From the IMG/VR virus record IMGVR_UViG_3300034682_000432, positions 1-34,619 of that record: a DNA stretch of 34,619 nt; one strand, given 5' to 3'. Each line of letters starts with the position of its first letter. The first letter of the stretch is position 1. The position numbers were made by a program, and so were the translations under genes. Positions 26,033 through 34,034 of this stretch are shown piece by piece. This stretch comes from a virus (taxonomy: Duplodnaviria > Caudoviricetes). The notes under the pieces were generated by a model. That model was not told the origin of the DNA. It worked only from the letters and a program-made list of their open reading frames with translations, and did not search any database.

Positions 26033-26491
26033 TCAGTCCTCTCTTAGAACTGTAACCAGAGTCAGCCCATCAATTTTCTTGAACTGACGAACCAGCACAG
26101 CAGAGCTAGAAAAATTTGGGTACAGAATGGTGAATCCTTCGCTCTTTGGGTCTTCTCCGTAAATTTCCTTAAAGGTCTTTACGCCAAATCGTCGCTTGTA
26201 CTTTTCAAGTTTGGCTAACTGATCTCTGGAGTACCTGGCTTTGAACTTGTGGAACAAGACCTGCTTAACCACCTGATTCATAAATTCATCGGCTGGGTCG
26301 ATTTCCGTTAATAACTTCATCCACACACCCTTGAAATAACTGTCGATATAGACGCAAAGATGGGAGATGCTTTCAGACTTCCGCTCACGGCTAACAGTGA
26401 TAGAGTGGCCATTCAGCGAGAACTCCACCTGCGCATATTGGCATTTAAGGCGATCAGAAATTTGTTTCCACTGGGCGGCTGTAATGGTCAT
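26033..26491 (-). CDS. Hypothetical protein
   Basis: Start ATG 26491 (ATGA overlap): MTITAAQW..I...L. Confidence 0.7.
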   Translation of the reverse strand: MTITAAQWKQISDRLKCQYAQVEFSLNGHSITVSRERKSESISHLCVYIDSYFKGVWMKLLTEIDPADEFMNQVVKQVLFHKFKARYSRDQLAKLEKYKRRFGVKTFKEIYGEDPKSEGFTILYPNFSSSAVLVRQFKKIDGLTLVTVLRED

Positions 26492-26883
26492 GCTAAACCC
26501 CCATTTCGATGGCATGTGATGAGATGCCACAGTGGATTGTGATGTTTAACCATGCTGTTAATGTCAATATCACCCGGCGTCACCATGCGGATGGTTTCTG
26601 TACGCACAGGCATTCTTATCAGATAAGCTTTTTGTTTCAGTTCCTCGCTAATATCAAACACGCGATAAACCAACTCAGTGTCGCCATATGAAAAATCATT
26701 TTTCTGGGCATCCTTCTGGTCTGCATCCAGTTTTTCATCACTCAGAATATTCAGCATTGAGCGATAAACCTGAGCGTTTTCCAGACACAAGTTGTGGGCG
26801 ATTTGCTTTGTGGTTAACCACTCACCACGGCGATACAGATACAGAGCTATCTTTTCTTTGATGGTTAATTCATCCATGGCCAT
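26488..26883 (-). CDS. Hypothetical protein, possible winged HTH
   Basis: IA.YL...GEWLT.KQIA..L pattern; coupled to neighbours. Confidence 0.65.
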   Translation of the reverse strand: MAMDELTIKEKIALYLYRRGEWLTTKQIAHNLCLENAQVYRSMLNILSDEKLDADQKDAQKNDFSYGDTELVYRVFDISEELKQKAYLIRMPVRTETIRMVTPGDIDINSMVKHHNPLWHLITCHRNGGLA

Positions 26884-27071
26884 TAGTCCCCCAGATAAAT
26901 TTCGAATTCTTCATCGCAGTGCTGACATGACACGCTTTCGTTCCTCAGTTCGTCCTGAGTAACTTTGGTTTCATTGTCACAATGCGGGCATCTTGCGAGC
27001 ACATCGAAACGGGTGATTTCACCGTTTTGTTTAGCTCCATGGTTGGTCAGGCTTATTTTCATGCGACTCAT
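26883..27071 (-). CDS. Small Zn-ribbon protein
   Basis: CPHC...CQHC.EEF; start ATG 27071 (ATGA overlap). Confidence 0.7.
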   Translation of the reverse strand: MSRMKISLTNHGAKQNGEITRFDVLARCPHCDNETKVTQDELRNESVSCQHCDEEFEIYLGD

Positions 27072-27826
27072 GCTGCACCACCTTCTACGCGCTTGAACTC
27101 GACGACCCATACCCATGGATTACTCGACCAGCTTTCTTCGCCATAAAGCTGCTCCCATAGGCGTTGGAATGCTCGTTGTGGTTTTTCGTACCAACCAGCA
27201 GTCATAGCCGCATCAGATGTCCCGTTATCCATGCCCTCAGCCAACGCATCTTCTTCGCTAATGGCATTCAAACGCTCAACGCGAACGTCAGTGATTTCCA
27301 GTGTTATGCGTGATGCCCAGCGCGGCATATGGATAGATGGACGCCAGCCATGCCGCAGATTATCGTCAAGGTCGAAGTATTCAGGCTTTGCGCCACCATC
27401 TGCTGCGTATTCGCAGTATTTTGGAGTCTTGAACTTGTTTGCATCCTCTCGGAATTCTTCCAGCAGAGATTCATCGACTAACGGCCCCTGAAACGTTTCA
27501 CGAACCCATAGGCGTTCACCTACTGCACCAAGTAGTTGACCGATGGGTAAAACGCCTTCCTCTGGATACTCAGTACATGACACTAACCATTCAGGCCCAT
27601 GTTCATTACTGTCATCACCCCATTTACCATAGTTAAGTCCAACGAATTCGAATTCATCATTCTCTTCGTTGCTTCCACCCATAAACTCAATCGCTTTGGT
27701 GTGATTATCATTTACCAAGCGTCTCGTCTGAGTTTTACGGTCATCAAGAATGGCCTTCACCATTTCCTTGTTGAAAATAATCGGACGCTCCTTAATGAGG
27801 TCTTTGTTCAATATTCGGTTATTCAT
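27068..27826 (-). CDS. ASCH/PUA-like phage protein
   Basis: ERPI.F..EMV.AIL..RKTQTRR, GERLWVRET, WRPSIHMPRWASRI.LEI..VRVERL..ISEEDA.AEG and NPWVWV.EF motifs. Confidence 0.8.
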   Translation of the reverse strand: MNNRILNKDLIKERPIIFNKEMVKAILDDRKTQTRRLVNDNHTKAIEFMGGSNEENDEFEFVGLNYGKWGDDSNEHGPEWLVSCTEYPEEGVLPIGQLLGAVGERLWVRETFQGPLVDESLLEEFREDANKFKTPKYCEYAADGGAKPEYFDLDDNLRHGWRPSIHMPRWASRITLEITDVRVERLNAISEEDALAEGMDNGTSDAAMTAGWYEKPQRAFQRLWEQLYGEESWSSNPWVWVVEFKRVEGGAA

Positions 27827-28091
27827 CGTTTAAACCCCTGTTGCTTTTGTCATACACGGTGACGATGCAGCCACATCGCAGGATGAAATAGGCGTGGTCA
27901 CACTCCAGAATTCGGCGTGGGTTCCAGCCCGCTTCACGTCGCTGGATCCGGCGCAGTTGCCGTTTGCTGGGGCGCCATGCCCGTGACAGGGCGCCCAGCA
28001 TGTCGATTTCGCTGCGGCCAGTACGTTCAACCCAGCGCTGGAAGGCGTGACGGGTGATGTGCAGCGGGCCATATCGGGTTTCAAATTTCAT
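27819..28091 (-). CDS. Hypothetical basic protein
   Basis: HITRHA..RW.ER and IVTVY, weakly RelE/DUF4258-like; AGGA RBS. Confidence 0.6.
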   Translation of the reverse strand: MKFETRYGPLHITRHAFQRWVERTGRSEIDMLGALSRAWRPSKRQLRRIQRREAGWNPRRILECDHAYFILRCGCIVTVYDKSNRGLNDE

Positions 28092-28133
28092 CGTCCTTTT
28101 CTCTCTCTGCTGTAAGAGTCAACATTCCGCACT

Positions 28134-28847
28134 TCACAACTTTGCCCAATCGAGAGAGATCACCATGTACTTGCCAATCGGCGAGCGCTGGTACAGGCGG
28201 ATGTATTCGGTTTTTGCCACGGTGGTGATTGCATCGGCGATAGCGTCCATCGCTTCACGCCACTCCGGATCGTCAATATCCAGCTGACGCAGAGAGAGCA
28301 CCTGGTTCACATCAATCCGGCCTTGCTTGTTGACGCGGAATGCGTGGTCTACCAGGGCGCGGATCTCGGCGCTTGAACCCGCTGAATAGCGCTCAATGCA
28401 GGCATCGATTTGCGCCTTGGCGGCCTGGATCCGTTCATCAAAAATTCGGTGCTCACCGATGGTCCGTTCAACCTTGAATTGACCGTCGAACGAGGACAAG
28501 GTGATGTTTCCCTTTGCCCCGCCGTAGCTGACGCCGTATTCACTGGCGCTGAGGTCAAGATAGTCGGCAATCTCTTGCTGCATCTGCACCTTGGCGGCCT
28601 GCATATGCAGCTGCAGTTCCTTAGCCTTGGCCACCTGCTTGAGCACCACCTCATCACGCAGCAGGTCGAGTGGCTTAATCAGGCTTTCTGGCACAAGGTG
28701 GCCTTGGGCGTTCTGGCGCATGTTTTCGGTTTGGTTAGTCATTTTTGTTTTCTCCAATTCAGTGGTAGTGGTATTTGTCATATTCATAACGGCTCTCCAG
28801 AACGCAGCTACCCAGAAATCAGCTTCCGTGGTATTTGCCATGTTCAT
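28134..28847 (-). CDS. DUF3164 family protein of Mu-like phages
   Basis: NAQG.LVP...IKP.D.LRD, GG.KGN.TL.SFDG, FDER.QAAK..ID.C and W.EAM.AIAD motifs; three candidate starts (28847, 28787, 28742). Confidence 0.88.
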   Translation of the reverse strand: MNMANTTEADFWVAAFWRAVMNMTNTTTTELEKTKMTNQTENMRQNAQGHLVPESLIKPLDLLRDEVVLKQVAKAKELQLHMQAAKVQMQQEIADYLDLSASEYGVSYGGAKGNITLSSFDGQFKVERTIGEHRIFDERIQAAKAQIDACIERYSAGSSAEIRALVDHAFRVNKQGRIDVNQVLSLRQLDIDDPEWREAMDAIADAITTVAKTEYIRLYQRSPIGKYMVISLDWAKL

Positions 28848-28858
28848 AACGGTTCTCC
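28768..28858. repeat. 31-bp direct repeat (28/31 identical) spanning RBS and start codon, 60-bp period
   Basis: 28768-28798 versus 28828-28858. Confidence 0.9.
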
Positions 28859-29071
28859 TTCAGCCAAGAGCACTGCCTTGGCTGAGGTCTTGGTAACAAT
28901 CTTCCGGAACAGCGTTCCGCAATAAGGGCAACAGGCCAGAGGTGTCCATGTTTCATCGTCTACTGCCGCCTGAGTCTGGATAGACTTTCCACAGCAAGGC
29001 GCGATGAACGTCAGCGCATTTCCGTTAGCCTTCAACACCGCGACATAGGCCTGATAGCGATCGTGTTCCAT
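28844..29071 (-). CDS. Hypothetical Cys-rich protein
   Basis: PCCG...CCPYCG; GGAGG RBS before ATG 29071. Confidence 0.7.
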   Translation of the reverse strand: MEHDRYQAYVAVLKANGNALTFIAPCCGKSIQTQAAVDDETWTPLACCPYCGTLFRKIVTKTSAKAVLLAEGEPL

Positions 29072-29081
29072 CGTGACCTCC

Positions 29082-29252
29082 TTACAGGGCTTCAAATAAC
29101 TTCATGACAATGATGGCGATGATGAAAACCACCACAGCCTGCTTGCGACCTCTGTCTAGTCCAGCGTGCTTACCTTTTAGGTAGGCGCGCTCCTCATCGG
29201 TTTTAGCCAGCAGCAGATCAATATTTCGGAATACACGTTCAAAACTTGGCAT
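29082..29252 (-). CDS. Small protein with C-terminal TM helix
   Basis: MPSFERV...AVVVFIIAIIVMKLF; TAATG coupling and GGAG RBS. Confidence 0.6.
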   Translation of the reverse strand: MPSFERVFRNIDLLLAKTDEERAYLKGKHAGLDRGRKQAVVVFIIAIIVMKLFEAL

Positions 29253-29500
29253 TAGCACTCCCTCCAGTTGACGTAACAGCCACCCAGACGAGCGGCCCAT
29301 GTGCGGCGTGTCAGGCCGCCTACGTTTTCGTGTACCAAAGTGACGTTACCAGCCAGATCAGCAGGCAATGGTCTGTCTATCGTCAGCATTCCGACGCGAC
29401 CAATTACCTTGCGTTCCAACACTTCGATGCCTTTCTCTTTCAGCCATTGATGCAGCCGTGCTGCATTGGCTCGTGCAGTAATGCGATCAGCAGTTCTCAT
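29252..29500 (-). CDS. Hypothetical early protein
   Basis: C-terminal A.L.GC.V.W motif common downstream of MuB; GGAG RBS before ATG 29500. Confidence 0.7.
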   Translation of the reverse strand: MRTADRITARANAARLHQWLKEKGIEVLERKVIGRVGMLTIDRPLPADLAGNVTLVHENVGGLTRRTWAARLGGCYVNWREC

Positions 29501-29563
29501 CGTTTTTCTCCAGCTCTTTAAATGCCCCATGCAGCAGGGCTGGGTTGATATTTGCTCTGGCGC

Positions 29564-29758
29564 TTACACGCCTACTTTCCAGTTCAGAACGTTATCAATG
29601 CGGCGCAGTTGGTCATCGCAATGCAGCGCGTCTAAGTCGTTACCAAACACCAGATAGAGGCTGCGGTTGGTTTCAACGATCATGCGCATTTCGATCAGCA
29701 ACCCTCTGGCGATTTCAAAATGGGCCAGTAGTTGCTCTTGCTGTTCAGTGGCTGGCAT
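29564..29758 (-). CDS. Hypothetical protein
   Basis: 64 aa starting 4 nt after the MuB stop, with GGGGAG RBS. Confidence 0.6.
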   Translation of the reverse strand: MPATEQQEQLLAHFEIARGLLIEMRMIVETNRSLYLVFGNDLDALHCDDQLRRIDNVLNWKVGV

Positions 29759-29762
29759 TTAC

Positions 29763-30695
29763 TTACTCCCCTTCCAGTTCGTTAAAGGCATGGCGCAGCA
29801 ACTGTTCGCTCAGCGGTTCACCGCCGGAGTACATGACAGCCAGTTTCAAGATCTTGCTGACCATCCGCAGGCCGCCCGGACGTTCGCTGATCTGCAACAG
29901 CAGGTCGCGTTCTGCACTGCCGGTTACGCTCCAGGCAGAGGCGATGGCCATGACATCGGCCTTCTTGCATTTGGTCAGTGCGCGTTTCTTGGCAATGCGT
30001 GAATAGAGACGTGCGAAGTCTTCACTGCGGTGGCCGCCGGTCAGCTGGGTATAAACCCGACTATTGCCGACCAGCACCATGCCGACGTCGACTTCTTCTT
30101 GCAGAATGCGCAGCTCTTCGAGGGTTGGGCGGTCGAGGTGATCGGCTTCATCAACCACGATCAACCCCTGGGTGTTGCGCAGTTTGCGGCGCAGTGCACG
30201 AGCCAGCGGGCCACGCAGACGCGGGGCGTTCTCCATGCCCAGTTCCATGGCCAACTCATAGAGGCACTCGGTCATGGTGGCGCGGCTAGGGCTGGCGGTG
30301 ATCACCCATACGTTGTTGTTATTCTGTTGGTATGCTTTCAGAGCCAATGTTTTACCGACACCGGATGCGCCATGGATTACCGCAATCGATTGAGTCATGT
30401 GGGCATAGGTCATGTCGGCAGCGATCTGCTTGGCGGTTTCTGTCAGCACAAAGCCCGGATCGCGGGGGGCGCTATGACGTTGCTCGCGGGCTGTCAGCCA
30501 GTTGCCAAGCTTCTGCAACATGGCCGCCGGATCGGCCTTGTAATTGCCGTTCAGCAGTTGGTTGATGGTGGATGGGCTAACGCTGGTTTCTTTAGCAATT
30601 TGGGCCTGAGTGACTACTTTTGATTCAATTAAATTACTGACTCGTACCAGTACATCGCTGTTGCTGTTTTGGTCAAGTGAGACTATGTTTGTCAT
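29763..30695 (-). CDS. B: Transposition ATPase MuB
   Basis: N-terminal HTH, Walker A GASGVGKT, Walker B IVVDEADHL and FARL.SRI; AAAGGAG RBS before ATG 30695. Confidence 0.96.
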   Translation of the reverse strand: MTNIVSLDQNSNSDVLVRVSNLIESKVVTQAQIAKETSVSPSTINQLLNGNYKADPAAMLQKLGNWLTAREQRHSAPRDPGFVLTETAKQIAADMTYAHMTQSIAVIHGASGVGKTLALKAYQQNNNNVWVITASPSRATMTECLYELAMELGMENAPRLRGPLARALRRKLRNTQGLIVVDEADHLDRPTLEELRILQEEVDVGMVLVGNSRVYTQLTGGHRSEDFARLYSRIAKKRALTKCKKADVMAIASAWSVTGSAERDLLLQISERPGGLRMVSKILKLAVMYSGGEPLSEQLLRHAFNELEGE

Positions 30696-30712
30696 ATCGA
30701 GACTCCTTTCAT

Positions 30713-30737
30713 GCGGCCACAATGGCCGCTTTTTTTT
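30713..30737 (+). terminator. Intrinsic terminator oriented antisense to the A-B operon
   Basis: GCGGCCA-CAA-TGGCCGC followed by T8 on the plus strand. Confidence 0.7.
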
Positions 30738-30751
30738 GGTTTAAATTCCGG

Positions 30752-32770
30752 CTACAGGCGCTTTTTATTCTGCTCTGCCATGGCTGCGACACTCGCTTGA
30801 AAGCGGGCTTCGTAGTCGATGACGGGCGCTACTTCCGAATTGTTCTGGTTCAGAAATTGGTTGTTTGGCTGCACAGCGAGTGCGGCATTGCCAATAGAGG
30901 CTGGGCGAACCATCTCCACGACTTTGGTTTCGGGTGCTTCTTCATCGGTAATGCTGGGTAGCAGGGCAGCAGCTTCGAGTGCAGACATGCCTTGCTTGGC
31001 CAGCGCGGCCTGCTTGTTGGCCTTGACGAACTGGGTGCGCTTGCGTTTGTGTTCGCGGGCTTGCTGGGTATCGCCAAAGGCGACCTTATCCAGACACTCC
31101 GCTTCACAGATATGCAGCCCGTTGAGGGTGGTGACGATCACCGCTTCGTGCAGGCGCTGCGGGTCGAACCGCGCAACTACTTTCTGACCGACGTACTCGG
31201 CCAGATCGGGGTGGTAATAACGGTTACTGCGGTTGGCAATAGTGCCGCCAGATTCCAGCTTGATGGTGCCGTGCTGGCTGACACGTGTTGCTTCAGCCTG
31301 CAATAGCATCACCGTCAGCTGCTCGCTGCTGGCTTTGCGGATCGTTGCTTGGCTATAGCTCTTTTCGAACGCCTGATCGAAGCTCATTACACCGAAGCAG
31401 GCTTCCGTATTTCGACCTACTTTGCTGTTATAGATGGCAACGCCTTCGGCTACTACGCGCAGGAACTCGGCAGCATCGACAGCCCGTTCACCATAATTGT
31501 CTGGTTTATCCATCGGGTTTGGCCCGGTGTAACAACCAGCCAACGCCGGATGCTTGTCGATGATTTCATCCAGACCACCCACACCAAAGGCGCGTTCGAC
31601 AGGCTTTGCCTGACCATGGCCTTTGCCAAGAATGACGCTTGACCAGTGCAGTTCGATGCCCATCATGGGAATGATGCCGAGCGGGTCATCTTCTTTGACT
31701 TTGAAGCGGTAGCGGTTAGGAACACCGCCGGTCATCCATTTATTGGCAGCTGCTCGGGTGTTATCGATAGTGATCTCACGCGGGAGGCCGTATTTGCTGC
31801 ATACATCCATCAGGCTCAGGCGAATGGAGTCAGTGTTTTCACTGATATCACAGCGATAGCCGACAATTTTCCGGCTATATACGTCCTGCCAGAACCATGT
31901 TTTTGGGCGTAATATTTCGCCGTTAAACCATTTAACAAATGCATTGTGTTGATAGCCGTCGCCATTGATCCAGCTCAGGGCATCTAACTCCGCGATCGTT
32001 CTCTCTTGCGGTGGGTAAAGCTGCATCAGCGCATATTCGCCTTGGCGCAGCATCACTTGCTGGGCGCGGGGCACTTCCAGATCGAGCCGACGCATCAGAC
32101 TATCCAGACTCGGATATGACCAACCGTGCTCTTTGGCCGCCAGTTTCATGCGGTCATAGCAGCTGGTTGCATTGGGCTGTTCGTTGCGTAAGTAGTCGGC
32201 TTTGAAGTAATCCCATGCTGCATCACTGACTGGTGCCAGTTTAGCGTGACGGTTCGCGGTGGCGCTTTCTTGATGTTTTGGCAGCAGAACGGCCAGCCAA
32301 TCACTACTTTCAAACCCTTTTACAGCGGCGCAATAGCGACGCAGGGTCGGAAGTGCAATATCAAATTCCGTGGATATATGTTCATAGGCTTGCATCAGGC
32401 TGCTGCCGTTTTGCACCATGGCATGCACCGCTTGCACGGCAGTTACCCGTGCCTTGGCTTTGTCGTGCGCCTTGGTGTTTGCCTTGCTCCAGCGCGACCA
32501 CAAATTCTCTTTGCAGTAACGGGGCGCTTTTGGCTTTGGCAAATCCAGCGTCATTCCGCCGACCTTGACCTTACCGGCCTTGCGCAGTAGAGCAGCCTGA
32601 ACAACCGGCGGCAGGATACTGATGTGGTATTCGGTAGCCTTGCTTCCTTCGCGCTGACGGGATTTGTCAGATGAATAATCAGAAAGCCGATTTAATTGGT
32701 CTCTTGTGCGACGTTCTGATGTTGGCATTCCTGCAACACCAGCCAACTCAGTAGCGGTAACCCATTCCAT
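30752..32770 (-). CDS. A: DDE transposase MuA
   Basis: Mu I-alpha HTH, FK.DYLR.E.P, catalytic WINGDG / ITIDNTR / KPVERAF, and RFDP..LH. Confidence 0.97.
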   Translation of the reverse strand: MEWVTATELAGVAGMPTSERRTRDQLNRLSDYSSDKSRQREGSKATEYHISILPPVVQAALLRKAGKVKVGGMTLDLPKPKAPRYCKENLWSRWSKANTKAHDKAKARVTAVQAVHAMVQNGSSLMQAYEHISTEFDIALPTLRRYCAAVKGFESSDWLAVLLPKHQESATANRHAKLAPVSDAAWDYFKADYLRNEQPNATSCYDRMKLAAKEHGWSYPSLDSLMRRLDLEVPRAQQVMLRQGEYALMQLYPPQERTIAELDALSWINGDGYQHNAFVKWFNGEILRPKTWFWQDVYSRKIVGYRCDISENTDSIRLSLMDVCSKYGLPREITIDNTRAAANKWMTGGVPNRYRFKVKEDDPLGIIPMMGIELHWSSVILGKGHGQAKPVERAFGVGGLDEIIDKHPALAGCYTGPNPMDKPDNYGERAVDAAEFLRVVAEGVAIYNSKVGRNTEACFGVMSFDQAFEKSYSQATIRKASSEQLTVMLLQAEATRVSQHGTIKLESGGTIANRSNRYYHPDLAEYVGQKVVARFDPQRLHEAVIVTTLNGLHICEAECLDKVAFGDTQQAREHKRKRTQFVKANKQAALAKQGMSALEAAALLPSITDEEAPETKVVEMVRPASIGNAALAVQPNNQFLNQNNSEVAPVIDYEARFQASVAAMAEQNKKRL

Positions 32771-32780
32771 ATCATTCCCC

Positions 32781-33041
32781 TCAGCTTGCTTTCTTCAAAA
32801 GGGATTGATACCGGCTTGGCCAGATATCTTCTGGTTCCAGACAAAGGGCGGTAGCAATAATCCGCTCGCCTTTTGGCCATGGAGCACGGAAGGTATTTTG
32901 TAACGTTGAGCTGGATAGTCCTGCTTCACGTGACAACTGAGAAACTGATGTTCCGGACTTTTTCAAGGCGGCGACAACATCTGCACGATGCCAGTCACTC
33001 CCATTTTCCGTCCGTTTCTGCGACACTCTGTAACTACTCAT
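32781..33041 (-). CDS. ner: Ner-family transcriptional regulator
   Basis: DWHRADV.AALKK.G.S...LSR.AGL.S.TL.N....PWPKGERIIA..L...PE.IWPSRY. Confidence 0.96.
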   Translation of the reverse strand: MSSYRVSQKRTENGSDWHRADVVAALKKSGTSVSQLSREAGLSSSTLQNTFRAPWPKGERIIATALCLEPEDIWPSRYQSLLKKAS

Positions 33042-33288
33042 CTTAGTAACTCAACTCTGTTAATCGACTAAGTTAACAAGAGTATAGAGATGCAACGGAC
33101 GATAACGCAATACATACGGACGAATTTATTTTTCTTTCGTCCGTTTATACTTTTCAGTCAAATGATAAACTTGAGATAAAACACAATGATAAACAATAAG
33201 TTAAACGAATCGGACGGGAACGGGATAGAATCAGACGCCACGTCCGATTCCCATAATAAGAAACGGACGCGCTGGGTTATAGCGTCCG
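33009..33288. promoter_or_regulatory. Operator/internal activation sequence cluster (8 x CGGACG) with early promoter
   Basis: CGGACG/CGTCCG at 33009, 33096, 33117, 33138, 33211, 33241, 33264 and 33283. Minus-strand promoter TTGCGT (33110-33105)-18-TATACT (33086-33081). Confidence 0.75.
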
Positions 33289-33998
33289 AAGTTGCTGGAA
33301 TTGAAGGAATGCCCACTACAGATAGAAGGGCAAGGGACGAACTGGAACGATTAAGTATTGGAAAGGAGGGAGTAAAAAGGAAACGATCAGGCACCAAGGC
33401 ATTTGAATATCACATATCCATATTGCCTCAATATGTTGTTGATGCACTGACTAAGGGCGGATTCATGTTCGATGAAGATGATATTGAACATTCTGATTCA
33501 AAGGATTACCCAGGTCCGACTTATATATGTTCTGAGCCAATAAAAGAACCGTCACGCGTATATGTATCTTTTTTAGATGAATTCTCACTAATACCAAGCT
33601 ATCAAGTTCATGTATCGGCAGGCCATGGGGCCTTAAACCACGGTGAGATGGAACCGTTACACCATGAGGCGGTTCCCCGTAAGTGGCTACAACGGCGCGG
33701 TTTCTCTGAGAAAGATCTGGCGATTGTATGGGGCAAAGGCGACAGCATGGAGCCAACCATCTACAACAACGACATGTTAGTGGTTCACCTACGCCGAACG
33801 ACCCCGGTTGATGGATACATCTACGTAGTGCGCAACGATGATCAGCTATGGGTTAAATACATACAGACGCGCCCTAAATCTTGGCTGCTGCTAAGCGAGA
33901 ATGAGCTATACCCTCCTATCGAGGTACCGAAGGATGAGCAACACAACTTTGATGTGATTGGGCAAGTGGTTCATATTGCCCACGACACTGGAGAGTGA
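33186..33998 (+). CDS. c: Immunity repressor: Mu-type DNA-binding domain plus S24 autopeptidase domain
   Basis: N-domain mirrors the MuA N-terminus (W....E.AG..GMPT..RR.RD.L.RLS...EYHISILP). C-domain has VSAGHG, GDSMEP and WVK. Divergent from ner. Confidence 0.92.
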   Translation: MINNKLNESDGNGIESDATSDSHNKKRTRWVIASEVAGIEGMPTTDRRARDELERLSIGKEGVKRKRSGTKAFEYHISILPQYVVDALTKGGFMFDEDDIEHSDSKDYPGPTYICSEPIKEPSRVYVSFLDEFSLIPSYQVHVSAGHGALNHGEMEPLHHEAVPRKWLQRRGFSEKDLAIVWGKGDSMEPTIYNNDMLVVHLRRTTPVDGYIYVVRNDDQLWVKYIQTRPKSWLLLSENELYPPIEVPKDEQHNFDVIGQVVHIAHDTGE

Positions 33999-34034
33999 AA
34001 TATATTAAGTTAATAATTTAAAAGGATTTTATTC

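Noticed and set aside
33158-33397. 79-aa minus-strand ORF over the repressor 5' end
   Set aside because: Antisense to c, no ATG start or clear RBS, no motif.
33999-34034. Left prophage end between c and the MuF paralogue
   Set aside because: Only 36 AT-rich bp with an RBS and no GATCACT end sites.
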